Shown: in pieces, positions 20,277-30,470 of the stretch
How positions within the stretch are numbered: position 1 is the first letter of the stretch
Layout: each line of letters starts with the position of its first letter
Source of the DNA: Alphaproteobacteria bacterium
Lineage (GTDB): Bacteria; Pseudomonadota; Alphaproteobacteria; Methylaequorales; Methylaequoraceae
Length of the DNA stretch: 64,000 nucleotides
Direction of reading: 5' to 3'
Assembly: GCA_045563025.1 (NCBI GenBank)
Contig: JBJKUS010000008.1
Coordinates: 205,554-269,553, forward strand
Translations under genes and position numbers: made by a program
Notes under the pieces: model-generated
Told to the model about the DNA's origin: nothing
What the model saw: only the letters and a program-made list of their open reading frames with translations
The model's database searches: none

Positions 20277-20876
20277 ATGTCTGTTCTTGGAGACCTCATT
20301 GATTTTTTCTCAAAGTTACCTAATTTAGGACCGAGATCTGCGAGGAGAATTGTTTTACATTTGCTAAAAAATAAGGAAAAGTTAATACCTTATATTACTA
20401 GCTCACTAGATAACTTAAAGTCCTCTTTAACCTTTTGTCAAAAATGTGGGAACGTTGATACCTCTTCTCCTTGTGGAATATGTACTTCAGAAAAAAGAAA
20501 GGCTGAAAAAGTATGCGTGGTTGAAGATGTTGGTGACTTATGGGCTATCGAAAAAAGTAAAGCTTACAATGGACATTATCATGTATTAGGAGGAGTTCTG
20601 TCTGCCATTGATGGAATTGGACCAGATGAATTAAACTTGTCCTCATTGTTTAAAAGAATGAAAAACAATGACATTAAGGAGGTAATTTTAGCTACCAATG
20701 CCACAGTTGAGGGTCAAATTACTGCTCAGTTTATCGCAGATAGTTGTGAAAAAAACAACATATTGGTTACAAGACTAGCTCAAGGAATACCTATAGGGGG
20801 TGAGTTAGATAATTTGGATTATAATACACTTTCAACTGCCTTTAGTTCTAGAAGCGAAATGAAAACTAATCTTTGA
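20277..20876 (+). CDS. recR: Recombination protein RecR
   Basis: C4 zinc finger CQKCGN…CGIC followed by a Toprim domain. Its position after ybaB is the expected one. Confidence 0.85.
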   Translation: MSVLGDLIDFFSKLPNLGPRSARRIVLHLLKNKEKLIPYITSSLDNLKSSLTFCQKCGNVDTSSPCGICTSEKRKAEKVCVVEDVGDLWAIEKSKAYNGHYHVLGGVLSAIDGIGPDELNLSSLFKRMKNNDIKEVILATNATVEGQITAQFIADSCEKNNILVTRLAQGIPIGGELDNLDYNTLSTAFSSRSEMKTNL

Positions 20877-21852
20877 CATCCAACTTTGATAGTTTATCCC
20901 TTTTATTAGTTATTTTCTTAGTTGTTACAAGGATGTCATTCAAATCGTTTTGTGTACTTGTAAAATGAGAATCCATTTTCCTTACTCTATTTTCTAATCT
21001 TGAAATTTCATCTGTGAGGTCTTTAAGTTGATGAAAGATAAATTTAGAGTTCTCAGAGATTTTTTTATCTCTTAAAATACTTTCAATATAGTTAAGAACT
21101 ATCCAAAGTGTAGTTGGAGAAATAAGGAATATTTTAAATTCATAGAACTTTTCAGTCATTTCTGGAAGTAAGTTAAAAATCTCAACATAGATCTGTTCAC
21201 TAGGGATGAAGATTAAAGCAATTTCAGAAGTTTCTCCTGGTATGATATATTTTGTTCTAACATCCTGAATGTGATTTTCAATATCTGATTTGAAAGTTTT
21301 CAACGCTTTGTTCTTTTCATCTTTTGATGTTGATTTCAAAATTTTTTCAAAACTTTCTCTTGGGAATTTTGCATCAATGCAAAGATTATTTAATGATCCT
21401 GAGGATTTAAGCATACAATCCACTCTGCAGTTATTGGATAAGGTCTTCTGAAATTCATAGTTACTGCTATGAAGATGGTCAGTAATTAAATTTTCAAGCA
21501 AAACTTCACCAAATCTTCCGCGCTTTGAAGTACTTGATAAAATATTTTTTAAATCAATAACATTTTCTGTCAATCCTGAAATATTTTGCTGTGCTCTGTC
21601 AATTATAGCTACTTTTTCTTTGATTTCATTCAGGCTAGTTGAATTTTGTGATGAGGATTTTTCAAATTTATAATCAATCCTATCAAATTTTTCCTCAAAT
21701 ACTTGGTGAATTGTTTTTTCTAGATTTTCTTGTTTTTCAAGCAGAATTTTAATTCTTTCTTTAGCTCCAACATTTGAAAAAAAAAATTGAAAAACCACTA
21801 AAATAAAGAGTAAGCTAGATAAAAAAATTATTACAAGGACTTCAAAACTCAT
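20866..21852 (-). CDS. rmuC: DNA recombination protein RmuC
   Basis: N-terminal TM helix plus a long coiled coil, and the C-terminal RmuC domain pattern (…PSEQIYVEIF…). Its 3′ end overlaps recR convergently by 11 nt. Confidence 0.65.
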   Translation of the reverse strand: MSFEVLVIIFLSSLLFILVVFQFFFSNVGAKERIKILLEKQENLEKTIHQVFEEKFDRIDYKFEKSSSQNSTSLNEIKEKVAIIDRAQQNISGLTENVIDLKNILSSTSKRGRFGEVLLENLITDHLHSSNYEFQKTLSNNCRVDCMLKSSGSLNNLCIDAKFPRESFEKILKSTSKDEKNKALKTFKSDIENHIQDVRTKYIIPGETSEIALIFIPSEQIYVEIFNLLPEMTEKFYEFKIFLISPTTLWIVLNYIESILRDKKISENSKFIFHQLKDLTDEISRLENRVRKMDSHFTSTQNDLNDILVTTKKITNKRDKLSKLDVKD

Positions 21853-21869
21853 TATATACCTTTTTTAAG

Positions 21870-22382
21870 ATGACTACACTTGAGATATTAACAATACCTG
21901 ATCCAAGATTGAAGCACAAATCTTCCGTCGTTGAACATTTTGATTCAGATCTAAGAAAAATAATAAAAGATATGTTTGAAACTCTTTATGCATCGGGAAA
22001 TGGAATTGGGCTTGCTGCACCTCAAGTTGGAATAAGAAAGAGAATTGTTGTAATTGATTTAAAGGAAAATGGAGAGTTATCACCTGTAACATTTATAAAC
22101 CCAGAAATAAAAAAATTTTCTGAAGAAAAATTTATTAACGAGGAGGGATGCTTATCCGTTCCTGAATATTATGCTGATGTTGAAAGATCAAAGGAAGTAG
22201 AAGTTGAATGGTTCAATGAACAAGGAAAAAAAATAATAAAAAAAATGACTGGACTCATGTCTATATGTATTCAACATGAAATAGATCATTTAGATGGTAT
22301 TTTATTTATTGACTATTTATCAAAGCTAAAAAGAAAAATGGCAGTTGAAAAACTAAAAAAAATAAAAAAAAAAAATAAATGA
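21870..22382 (+). CDS. def: Peptide deformylase
   Basis: Motifs GIGLAAPQVG, EGCLSVP and QHEIDHLDG. Confidence 0.9.
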   Translation: MTTLEILTIPDPRLKHKSSVVEHFDSDLRKIIKDMFETLYASGNGIGLAAPQVGIRKRIVVIDLKENGELSPVTFINPEIKKFSEEKFINEEGCLSVPEYYADVERSKEVEVEWFNEQGKKIIKKMTGLMSICIQHEIDHLDGILFIDYLSKLKRKMAVEKLKKIKKKNK

Positions 22383-23332
22383 ACGACCTACCTAAAATTA
22401 GTGTAGGTTTTTTTGGGACTCCAGACTTTTCTCTTCAATTTTTAAAAAACCTTTTTCAAAAAGAAGTAGAAATTAAATTTGTTGTCAGTCAACCCGCAAC
22501 TAAATCAGGAAGAGGAAAAAGAATAAAATTGTCAGCTGTTGAAGAATGGGCGATCGAAAAAGACATACCCACATATACACCCAAAAAAACAAATGAGGTT
22601 GATTTTTTAGAAATGATCAAACTCATAAAAGTTGATTTTATAGTAGTAGTAGCCTATGGAAATATGGTGTGCGATGAGATTATTAATCACCCAAAATATC
22701 AAACCATAAATGTTCACGCCTCTTTATTGCCTAAATGGAGAGGAGCAGCTCCCATTCAACGCTCCTTAATAAATGGAGATCAAGAAACAGGTGTTACAAT
22801 AATGAAAATTGTTAAAAAATTAGATGCTGGTCCAATAATAAGCAATGTAAAATTTAAAATTAAAGATAACGATACTGCAGGAAAAATCTATGAGAGAATA
22901 ATTAAACTTGGTAATCCCTTATTAACTCAAACTATTTTAGAAATTTTTAAAGATGAGTTTGTTTTGACTGAACAACAAGACGAAGATGTTTCCTATGCAA
23001 AAAAAATAGAAAAGTCTGAAACTAAAATTATTTGGTCTGAAGATGCACATTTAATTGATAGAAAAATCAGAGCATTTAATCCTAAGCCTGGGGCATGGAC
23101 AACAATAAGTTTAAACAAAAAGAGGATAAAAATTAATAAATCAAAAGTGATTAGTAGTCCTAAGTTTAAATTGAAACCAGAGATGAATGTTGGAGAATCA
23201 TTACAGTCTCTGGTTGTAAAGTGTGGTAAAAACTTCCTTCAAATTACTGAGTTACAACCCGAAGGAAAAAAGAAGATGACAGCTACAGATTTTTTAAATG
23301 GACTAAAAAATTCACATATTTTATTTGATTGA
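22379..23332 (+). CDS. fmt: Methionyl-tRNA formyltransferase
   Basis: Formyltransferase fold (…NVHASLLPKWRGAAPIQRSLINGD…). The def-fmt operon order is conserved. Confidence 0.85.
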   Translation: MNDLPKISVGFFGTPDFSLQFLKNLFQKEVEIKFVVSQPATKSGRGKRIKLSAVEEWAIEKDIPTYTPKKTNEVDFLEMIKLIKVDFIVVVAYGNMVCDEIINHPKYQTINVHASLLPKWRGAAPIQRSLINGDQETGVTIMKIVKKLDAGPIISNVKFKIKDNDTAGKIYERIIKLGNPLLTQTILEIFKDEFVLTEQQDEDVSYAKKIEKSETKIIWSEDAHLIDRKIRAFNPKPGAWTTISLNKKRIKINKSKVISSPKFKLKPEMNVGESLQSLVVKCGKNFLQITELQPEGKKKMTATDFLNGLKNSHILFD

Positions 23333-24078
23333 TGATAAGAGTAAAACTTTTAATTGAATATGATGGCTCTGAATATGTAGGTTGGCAGAGTCAAAACAAT
23401 GGAAGGTCTGTTCAAGGTGAAATAGAATATGCACTTAGAAAGATCTTTAATAGGAAATTAAGGCTTTATGTAGCTGGAAGAACAGATGCTGGAGTTCATG
23501 CATACGGTCAGGTTGCTCATTTTGACTTAGAAAATACAGCTATAGATCAAAAAAGAATATTTAAGGCCATTAATTTTTTTCTTAAGGAAAGGAAAAATAG
23601 AATAACGGTTTTAAACTCAGAGTTTATGAAAGAAAATTTTCATTCAAGGTTTTCAGCAAAAAAAAAAATTTATCTATATAAGATACATAATAGAGAGACC
23701 GTTTCTCATCTGTTGTCAAAAAGAGTTTGGCATTTTCCTCAAAAAGTAGATATAAACAAAATTAAGAGAGCCACTAAAGTCTTGATTGGAAAGTTTGATT
23801 TTAATGCTTTCAGATCATCTAATTGTCAAGCTAAAACATCCATTAGAACTATAGATGAAATTAAAGTTAAAAAAGAAAATGAATGTATTGAGATTAGAGT
23901 ATGCGGAAAATCCTTTATGCACAATCAGGTCAGAATAATAGTGGGAACTTTGTTAAAAATTGGTATAGATCAGATTGATGAAAATAATCTTAAGGAAATT
24001 TTAATGTCTAAAGATAGAAGAAATGCCGGTCCAACTGCGCCTGCTGATGGTTTATATCTTGAAAAAATAATTTATTGA
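23329..24078 (+). CDS. truA: tRNA pseudouridine(38-40) synthase
   Basis: The GRTDAGVHA catalytic Asp motif is present. Confidence 0.85.
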   Translation: MMIRVKLLIEYDGSEYVGWQSQNNGRSVQGEIEYALRKIFNRKLRLYVAGRTDAGVHAYGQVAHFDLENTAIDQKRIFKAINFFLKERKNRITVLNSEFMKENFHSRFSAKKKIYLYKIHNRETVSHLLSKRVWHFPQKVDINKIKRATKVLIGKFDFNAFRSSNCQAKTSIRTIDEIKVKKENECIEIRVCGKSFMHNQVRIIVGTLLKIGIDQIDENNLKEILMSKDRRNAGPTAPADGLYLEKIIY

Positions 24079-25202
24079 TCAAACATATTTCTCATAAATT
24101 CAAAATATATTGCCGATAATGATTCTATATCATTAACACTAATACTTTCATTAACTTGATGCATAGTACTACCTACAATTCCAAACTCAATTACTGGACA
24201 TAATTCCGAAATAAATCTAGCATCTGAAGTTCCACCTGAAGTACTTAGTTCAGGCTCTTTACTTGTAACCTTTTTAATGGCTTTCACTACTGATTTAGTT
24301 AATTTTTCAGAATAATTAAAGAAGGATTCTCCAGAAACTTTTGTTGATAACTCATACTTACAGCCAATAGAGTCTAATCGTTCTTTTAAAATTTCAATTA
24401 TGTCATTTGATTTAAATTTATCATTAAATCTTACATTAAATTTTAATTTAACTTTGCTGGGAACAAGATTTGTAACTTGATTCCCAACATCTATTGAAGT
24501 GATAACCAGTTTTGTAGGTTGAAAGTTTGTTGACCCCTCATCAAATTTGTTATTTAGAACAGAACATATCTTCGGTACTTGGTCAATTGGGTTTAGACAT
24601 TTCTCAGGATATGCTACATGTCCTTGTTTTCCAACTACTAATAAATCGGCATTTAAACTACCCCTTCTTCCAATTTTAATCATTTCTCCTAGAGAATTTG
24701 GATTTGTGGGTTCACCGACAAGACAATAATCAATTTTTTTATTATTATTTTTTAACCATTTCACAACACTCTTTGTGCCATAGTCGGCTTCCCCTTCTTC
24801 GTCAGCTGTTAATAAAAAAGAAATTGTTCCATTAAAATTTTCAGTTTCATCTAAGAATTTTTTAGCAGAACATATGTATGCCGCAATTGCTGTTTTCATA
24901 TCACTTGCACCTCTTCCATAGAGCACTCCTTTTTTTACTACAGGAGTAAATGGCTCAGTTTTCCAATCCTTTAAATCACCAGGAGGCACTACATCTGTAT
25001 GTCCAGCAAAACAAACATTTGGTCCATTTCCTTTTTTTAAAGTTGCATAAAGGTTTTTAACTTTTGTTTTTCCAAACTCTAATAGATGACAATCAAATTT
25101 TAATTTCTGTAATAATTGACATATATATTCTAGAGAACCAGCACTTTGAGGTGTTATGCTTCTAAAATTTATTAGATCCGAGGATAATTTTAAAACATTC
25201 AT
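24072..25202 (-). CDS. dapE: Succinyl-diaminopimelate desuccinylase
   Basis: M20 peptidase motifs (GHTDVVP, …GRGASDMK…). It is adjacent to dapD. Confidence 0.8.
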   Translation of the reverse strand: MNVLKLSSDLINFRSITPQSAGSLEYICQLLQKLKFDCHLLEFGKTKVKNLYATLKKGNGPNVCFAGHTDVVPPGDLKDWKTEPFTPVVKKGVLYGRGASDMKTAIAAYICSAKKFLDETENFNGTISFLLTADEEGEADYGTKSVVKWLKNNNKKIDYCLVGEPTNPNSLGEMIKIGRRGSLNADLLVVGKQGHVAYPEKCLNPIDQVPKICSVLNNKFDEGSTNFQPTKLVITSIDVGNQVTNLVPSKVKLKFNVRFNDKFKSNDIIEILKERLDSIGCKYELSTKVSGESFFNYSEKLTKSVVKAIKKVTSKEPELSTSGGTSDARFISELCPVIEFGIVGSTMHQVNESISVNDIESLSAIYFEFMRNMFDQ

Positions 25203-26041
25203 TATTCTCTTAAAAGTTCATTTATTGAGGTTTTTGACCTAGTTTTTGCGTCAACCTGTTTTACTATTACTGCGCAATATAAATTAACATCACCTTTTTC
25301 ACTCTTAGCAGAACCAGGAACTACAACTGAAAATGGAGGGACTTTACCGTACATAACTTCGCTAGTTTCACGATTAATAATTTTAGTTGATGCTCCAATA
25401 TAAACACCCATAGAAATAACACTTCCCTCTTCGACTATTACTCCTTCAGCAATCTCAGATCTTGCACCGATAAAACAATTATCTTCAACAATTACGGGGT
25501 TAGCCTGCAAAGGTTCCAAAACTCCTCCAATCCCAGCACCACCTGATATGTGAACATTTTTACCAATTTGAGCACAGGAACCTACAGTTGCCCAGGTATC
25601 AATCATAGTTCCCTCATCTACGTAAGCACCAAGATTTACAAAACTTGGCATTAATACAACATTCTGAGCAATAAATGCTGAATGTCTTACAATTGCTCCA
25701 GGTACAGATCTGAAACTTCTCTTTGTCCACTCATCTTCAACCCATCCAGAAGTTTTTAAGTTTACTTTATCGAACCAGGTATATTGTCCACCTCTAGAAT
25801 TAGATGTTCCACTTGAAAAAATTGAATTATTGTTAGTTTTAAATGACAGCAGTATTGCTTTTTTTACCCATTGATTTGCAGTCCATACACCATTAACTTT
25901 TTCACTTACTCTTATTTCACCATTATCAAGCAAATTCATAACTTCCTGTATATCTTTACATACTTCTTTATTTCCTGAATTAATCGATTCTTTACTATTC
26001 CAGTAGTTTTCAATTTTCTCTTTAATTAATTCATTTGACAT
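25202..26041 (-). CDS. dapD: 2,3,4,5-tetrahydropyridine-2,6-dicarboxylate N-succinyltransferase
   Basis: Left-handed beta-helix hexapeptide repeats and the DapD-type N-terminus. Confidence 0.8.
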   Translation of the reverse strand: MSNELIKEKIENYWNSKESINSGNKEVCKDIQEVMNLLDNGEIRVSEKVNGVWTANQWVKKAILLSFKTNNNSIFSSGTSNSRGGQYTWFDKVNLKTSGWVEDEWTKRSFRSVPGAIVRHSAFIAQNVVLMPSFVNLGAYVDEGTMIDTWATVGSCAQIGKNVHISGGAGIGGVLEPLQANPVIVEDNCFIGARSEIAEGVIVEEGSVISMGVYIGASTKIINRETSEVMYGKVPPFSVVVPGSAKSEKGDVNLYCAVIVKQVDAKTRSKTSINELLRE

Positions 26042-26050
26042 TTTTTCTCC

Positions 26051-26710
26051 TTAAATATTTTTATTTATCATATCCAGAGCTGATATTATAGTTTTAAATC
26101 TAAAATCAATGTAGAAATCAGTTTCAATGGAAGATTCATTGGATATATAAATTGTTGTTAAACCTAGCTGGTGACCTGGTAATAAGTTCTTTTTTATGTC
26201 TTCAAAATAGACACAACTTTCTGCCTTGAAAGTATTTTCGAATAAATAATTTTTTAAAGGACCTATTTCAGGTTTGGGTATAAACTTTGATGATTTAATA
26301 TCCCAAATATCTATAAAAAGATCCTTAATACCAAGAGCATTTAATACTTTCTTTGCGTATTCCTTTTCTCCATTTGTGTAGATTATCTTTGTACCTGGAA
26401 GGGCTTCTATTTTTTTATGTAGTCCAGGATTTTCTTTTAAATTTTTTAAATCAATGTTGTGAACAAAATCAAGAAATTCATCTGGATCAATATTGTGATT
26501 TTTCATTAACCCGTAAAGTGTTGTTCCATATTTTTTATAATATTTTTTTTGAAGGATTAGAGCTTCTTCTTTTGGAATAAAAATCTTTTCGGAAATGAAG
26601 GTTTTCATTCTTTGGTCAATTTGATCAAAAATTTTTGTTTCAGGCTCGTAAATAGTGTTGTCTAAGTCAAATATCCAAACACTTTTTTTTTTGAAAATAT
26701 CAGCATCCAT
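26051..26710 (-). CDS. HAD-superfamily pyrimidine 5′-nucleotidase-like hydrolase
   Basis: HAD motif I IFDLDNTIY plus the pyrimidine 5′-nucleotidase subfamily pattern. Confidence 0.6.
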   Translation of the reverse strand: MDADIFKKKSVWIFDLDNTIYEPETKIFDQIDQRMKTFISEKIFIPKEEALILQKKYYKKYGTTLYGLMKNHNIDPDEFLDFVHNIDLKNLKENPGLHKKIEALPGTKIIYTNGEKEYAKKVLNALGIKDLFIDIWDIKSSKFIPKPEIGPLKNYLFENTFKAESCVYFEDIKKNLLPGHQLGLTTIYISNESSIETDFYIDFRFKTIISALDMINKNI

Positions 26711-26714
26711 TTTA

Positions 26715-27617
26715 TTAACTTGAAATCAATGTACCAACACCGTGTTCTGTAAACATTTCAAGCAATATGGAATGAGGCAATCTACCATCTAAAATAACAG
26801 ACGCTTTAACTCCGCTTTTTACAGCCTCTACACAAGTTTTTACTTTTGGGATCATCCCACCAGTTATGGTTCCATTGTTGATTAGCTTTTGGACATCTTT
26901 AACGCTTATTTGGGTCAGTAGGTTTCCGCTTTTATCTAGAACGCCTTTTACGTCTGTCAGTAAGATTAATCTCTCTGATAAAACTGATGAAGCAACAGAC
27001 CCTGCCATTGTATCAGCATTAATATTATATGTTTCAAAACTTTTACAATCATAACCTATTGGAGATAAAACAGGAATGAAATCTGAATCTAATAACCATT
27101 TTAATACATCATCATTGATTTTATTAGGATAACCAACAAATCCTAAATCAAGTGCTTTTTCAATTTCGCTGGTAGATTCTTTTTTTTCTAATTTAACAGT
27201 TTCTGCTAACAGAGCATCTTTTCCTGACAAACCAATCGCTCTTCCTCCTTCTTTATTAATTTCCATAACGATTTCTTTATTTATTGAACCAGAAAGGACC
27301 ATCTCTACAATCTTCATCGTTTCCTTGTCTGTAATTCTGAGTCCATCAACAAAGGAGCTTTTTACTTTCAATCTATCTAACATTAGTTTAATTCTTGGTC
27401 CTCCACCGTGCACGACAACAGGATTAATTCCAACCTGTTTTAATAGAGCAATATCTTTGGCAAAACTTATAGAAAGATTGTTTTCGCCCATCGCGGCACC
27501 ACCATACTTAATTGTGATATTTTTCCCAGAGTATTTTTGCATAAAGGGAAGAGCTTGGGAAAGGATAGAAGCTTGTTTCACCCAATCATTATTATTTGTT
27601 TTTGAAACTTTTACCAA
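26715..27617 (-). CDS. argB: Acetylglutamate kinase
   Basis: Amino-acid-kinase fold (…VVVHGGGPRI…) with an ArgB-type N-terminus. Confidence 0.85.
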   Translation of the reverse strand: MVKVSKTNNNDWVKQASILSQALPFMQKYSGKNITIKYGGAAMGENNLSISFAKDIALLKQVGINPVVVHGGGPRIKLMLDRLKVKSSFVDGLRITDKETMKIVEMVLSGSINKEIVMEINKEGGRAIGLSGKDALLAETVKLEKKESTSEIEKALDLGFVGYPNKINDDVLKWLLDSDFIPVLSPIGYDCKSFETYNINADTMAGSVASSVLSERLILLTDVKGVLDKSGNLLTQISVKDVQKLINNGTITGGMIPKVKTCVEAVKSGVKASVILDGRLPHSILLEMFTEHGVGTLISS

Positions 27618-27619
27618 TG

Positions 27620-28204
27620 TTAATTTTCCTGTGATTTAAAAAGAAATTTTCTCAGACTAATTATATCATTACTTTCTTTAATACTAGTGCGAAAGATATT
27701 TTTATTAAATTTTTTTGATATGTCTGAAATTGATTGATTCATTTTTTCTTTTTCTTGAATAGACTTGATTTTGTCATTTTTGGTAAAGATAAAGTTAATT
27801 TCTTTATTTTGAATTTCTGTTAATGAATTAATAATAATTTCATCTATTGGTTTAATTAAATGTCTTGAATCAAATAACAAAAAAATTTTTTTTATATTTT
27901 CTCTGGTAACAAGAAATTTTTCAATGAGGTCATCTAGTTTTATTATCTTTTCTTTAGGAATATGAGAAAAACCGTATCCAGGAAAATCTACAATTCTTAA
28001 AATATTTTTATATTGAAAGAAAATAAGCCCTTTTGTTCTACCTGGAGTTTTCGAAGTTTTAGCCATTTTTTTTCTCGTTAAAAGGTTTATTAACGAAGAT
28101 TTACCAACATTCGACCTTCCCCAAAAAATAAACTCAGGTAAATTATCATTAGGTAGTCTAGATACTGAATGCACTTCATTTAAAAAAAACCATTCATTAT
28201 CCAT
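27620..28204 (-). CDS. engB: Ribosome biogenesis GTPase YihA/YsxC
   Basis: G1 motif GRSNVGKSSLIN. It occupies the conserved yidC-engB position. Confidence 0.85.
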   Translation of the reverse strand: MDNEWFFLNEVHSVSRLPNDNLPEFIFWGRSNVGKSSLINLLTRKKMAKTSKTPGRTKGLIFFQYKNILRIVDFPGYGFSHIPKEKIIKLDDLIEKFLVTRENIKKIFLLFDSRHLIKPIDEIIINSLTEIQNKEINFIFTKNDKIKSIQEKEKMNQSISDISKKFNKNIFRTSIKESNDIISLRKFLFKSQEN

Positions 28205-28214
28205 AGTACCTCTA

Positions 28215-29909
28215 CTAATTAAGATTTTTCTTTTGCTTCTCTAGTAGAATATATTGTTGACCGATTGATAAAATATTATTGATCGTCCAATAAACTACCA
28301 TGCCTGATGGAAAAGTAGCTAACAAGAAAGTAAAAATAAAAGGTAGCATCATAAATACTTTTGCTTGAACTGGATCTGGAGGTGGAGGATTAATTTTTTG
28401 TTGTAAATACATTGTTAAGCCCATTAGTAAAGGCCATACTCCAATTGTTAAAAAAGCTGGTGTGTCAAAAGGAATTAAACCAAATAGATTAAAGATACTT
28501 GTAGGATCTGGCGCGGATAGGTCCTTTATCCATCCAAAAAATGGTGCATGTCTCATTTCAATAGAAACAAATAGAACTTTATATAGTGCAAAGAATATTG
28601 GAATTTGAATGAGAATTGGTAAACAACCAGCTGCCGGATTTATTTTTTTTTCACGATATAAAGCAAACATTTCTTGATTCATCTTTTGTTTGTCATCTTT
28701 AAACCTCTCCCTTAATCTTTTTATCTCCGGAGTAAGTAATCTCATCGAGTTCATAGATTTGAAGGATTTATTTGCAAGCGGAAACAACAGTATTCTAATA
28801 AATATTGTTAAAATAATGATGCCAACTCCAAAGTTAGAAAACAAAACAGACAAATAATTTAATGCATAAAATAGTGGCTTTGTTAAAAAATAAAACCAAC
28901 CAAAGTCAACTGATAGGTCAAGCTTGTTTACATTAAGGCTTTTAATATAATCATCAATTAGCGGAACTTCTTTAGCACCCGCAAAAACGTATGATTTAAC
29001 TGACAAAGATTCGCCGGACTTGAGGGTTTTAATATTATCGTTAATAAAGTCAATTTGAATTGAGTTTTTTGAATTTTTTAGGGTTTTAAATCTTGCTTTA
29101 AATGGTTCATCTGTTTCTGGAAAAATTGCAACTTGCCAATAATGGTCAGTGTAACCGATCCAACCATTTGTTGAAGATTCAACGATTTCTTTTTCTTCTT
29201 CAATGTCATCATAAGAAAACTCTTGTAGAGTATCATTAAAAACTCCTAGCGGACCCTCGTGAAGAATAAAAAATTTATTGGCTGGTCTATGGTTTTTCCT
29301 TCTTATGTAAGAAAAATTTGTTAGTTCAACTGCTTCTCCAGTCTTGTTGAAGACTGTATCTTCAATTTTAATCATAAAATTCTCATCGAAACTTATTTCT
29401 CTTTTTATAGTTATCCCTTGATTGTTATTCCATTCAAGTTGGATTGTCTCGTTTGTATTGACATTTTTTAAAGATTTCCATAAGGAGTCTTTATTTGGAA
29501 GTTTTAATGATTTGTTTGTAGATGCCCATCCCATTCTTAAGAAGTAGGGCGAGGAAGAATTTTCTTTTTGTAAAAGTTTAATTTTTTTTTCTTTGTTTAT
29601 AGTTTCAAAATAATCACTAAGAATTATCTCATCAATTGTCGCCCCATAAAGATTTATAGATCCTTCAAGTCTTTGAGATTTGAAACTTACTCTTTTTTCA
29701 TTAAAATTGGAATTATTTGATTTTGATGAAAGTTTTTCAGAAATACTTGGAGCCTCACTCTCTGTTCCTTGTTTTTTTGGTAAGGTGTCATTTTTTATGT
29801 CATTTAGATTACTTTGAAGTTCTTTTTTTGGTGCGAAAAAAAAATCATAGCCGACTAGAACCGCTATAGAAAATATCACTGCCAATAATAAATTTTTTTG
29901 ATTATCCAT
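28215..29909 (-). CDS. yidC: Membrane protein insertase YidC
   Basis: Large periplasmic domain followed by the 5-TM conserved core (…QKMNQEMFALYREKKINP…). It lies downstream of rnpA. Confidence 0.9.
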   Translation of the reverse strand: MDNQKNLLLAVIFSIAVLVGYDFFFAPKKELQSNLNDIKNDTLPKKQGTESEAPSISEKLSSKSNNSNFNEKRVSFKSQRLEGSINLYGATIDEIILSDYFETINKEKKIKLLQKENSSSPYFLRMGWASTNKSLKLPNKDSLWKSLKNVNTNETIQLEWNNNQGITIKREISFDENFMIKIEDTVFNKTGEAVELTNFSYIRRKNHRPANKFFILHEGPLGVFNDTLQEFSYDDIEEEKEIVESSTNGWIGYTDHYWQVAIFPETDEPFKARFKTLKNSKNSIQIDFINDNIKTLKSGESLSVKSYVFAGAKEVPLIDDYIKSLNVNKLDLSVDFGWFYFLTKPLFYALNYLSVLFSNFGVGIIILTIFIRILLFPLANKSFKSMNSMRLLTPEIKRLRERFKDDKQKMNQEMFALYREKKINPAAGCLPILIQIPIFFALYKVLFVSIEMRHAPFFGWIKDLSAPDPTSIFNLFGLIPFDTPAFLTIGVWPLLMGLTMYLQQKINPPPPDPVQAKVFMMLPFIFTFLLATFPSGMVVYWTINNILSIGQQYILLEKQKKNLN

Positions 29910-29961
29910 TTTTTTTACAATGTCATTAGTATAGGAAAGTAAAAAAAATTCAATCTATTTA

Positions 29962-30280
29962 CTAACTTATTTTTTTAAAAATATCTTTAAAATCGTTCTC
30001 CACATCTTTAAAACTAAATTCCTGAAATCTTCTTTTTGGAATAAACTCTAGACACATACCAAGCCTTATGAGTTGTAAGTTTCTCTGGACTATTGCTCTA
30101 AGAACTCTTTTAATTCGATTTCTGGCTACTGCCGAACCAAGTTTTTTTGTAACAGTGTAGCCAATTTTAACCTCACAACCGTCTAAAAACTTATAATTTA
30201 TGATAAGCATTTTTCCATAAAAAGTATAACAATTCTTTCTATGTTCTAAAAAATCTGATCTTTTTTTTAGACTGGAAATT
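29962..30280 (-). CDS. rnpA: Ribonuclease P protein component (start codon uncertain)
   Basis: RnpA core KISSLKKRSDF…VARNRIKRVLR. The track's 136-aa ORF extends upstream in a different frame through rpmH, so the real start must lie 3′ of the rpmH stop. That is probably a non-ATG start near 30280. Confidence 0.65.
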
Positions 30281-30283
30281 TTA

Positions 30284-30418
30284 TTAGGCTGAAAGTATTT
30301 TTCTACCTTTTTGTCTTCTTCTGATAATAACCTTTTTGCCACCCTGGGTTGACATTCTTGATCTGAAGCCATGACGTCTTTTTCTTACAATGTTACTTGG
30401 TTGAAATGTTCTTTTCAT
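30284..30418 (-). CDS. rpmH: 50S ribosomal protein L34
   Basis: Manual translation of the minus strand gives [44 protein letters not shown] (44 aa). This is a near-perfect L34 and was missed by the ≥60-aa ORF track. The rpmH-rnpA-yidC order is canonical. Confidence 0.9.
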   Translation of the reverse strand: MKRTFQPSNIVRKRRHGFRSRMSTQGGKKVIIRRRQKGRKILSA

Positions 30419-30470
30419 TTAATTTTCCTACTTGATGTATAACAAAAAAAAACAGTTTGTAAATTAATTT

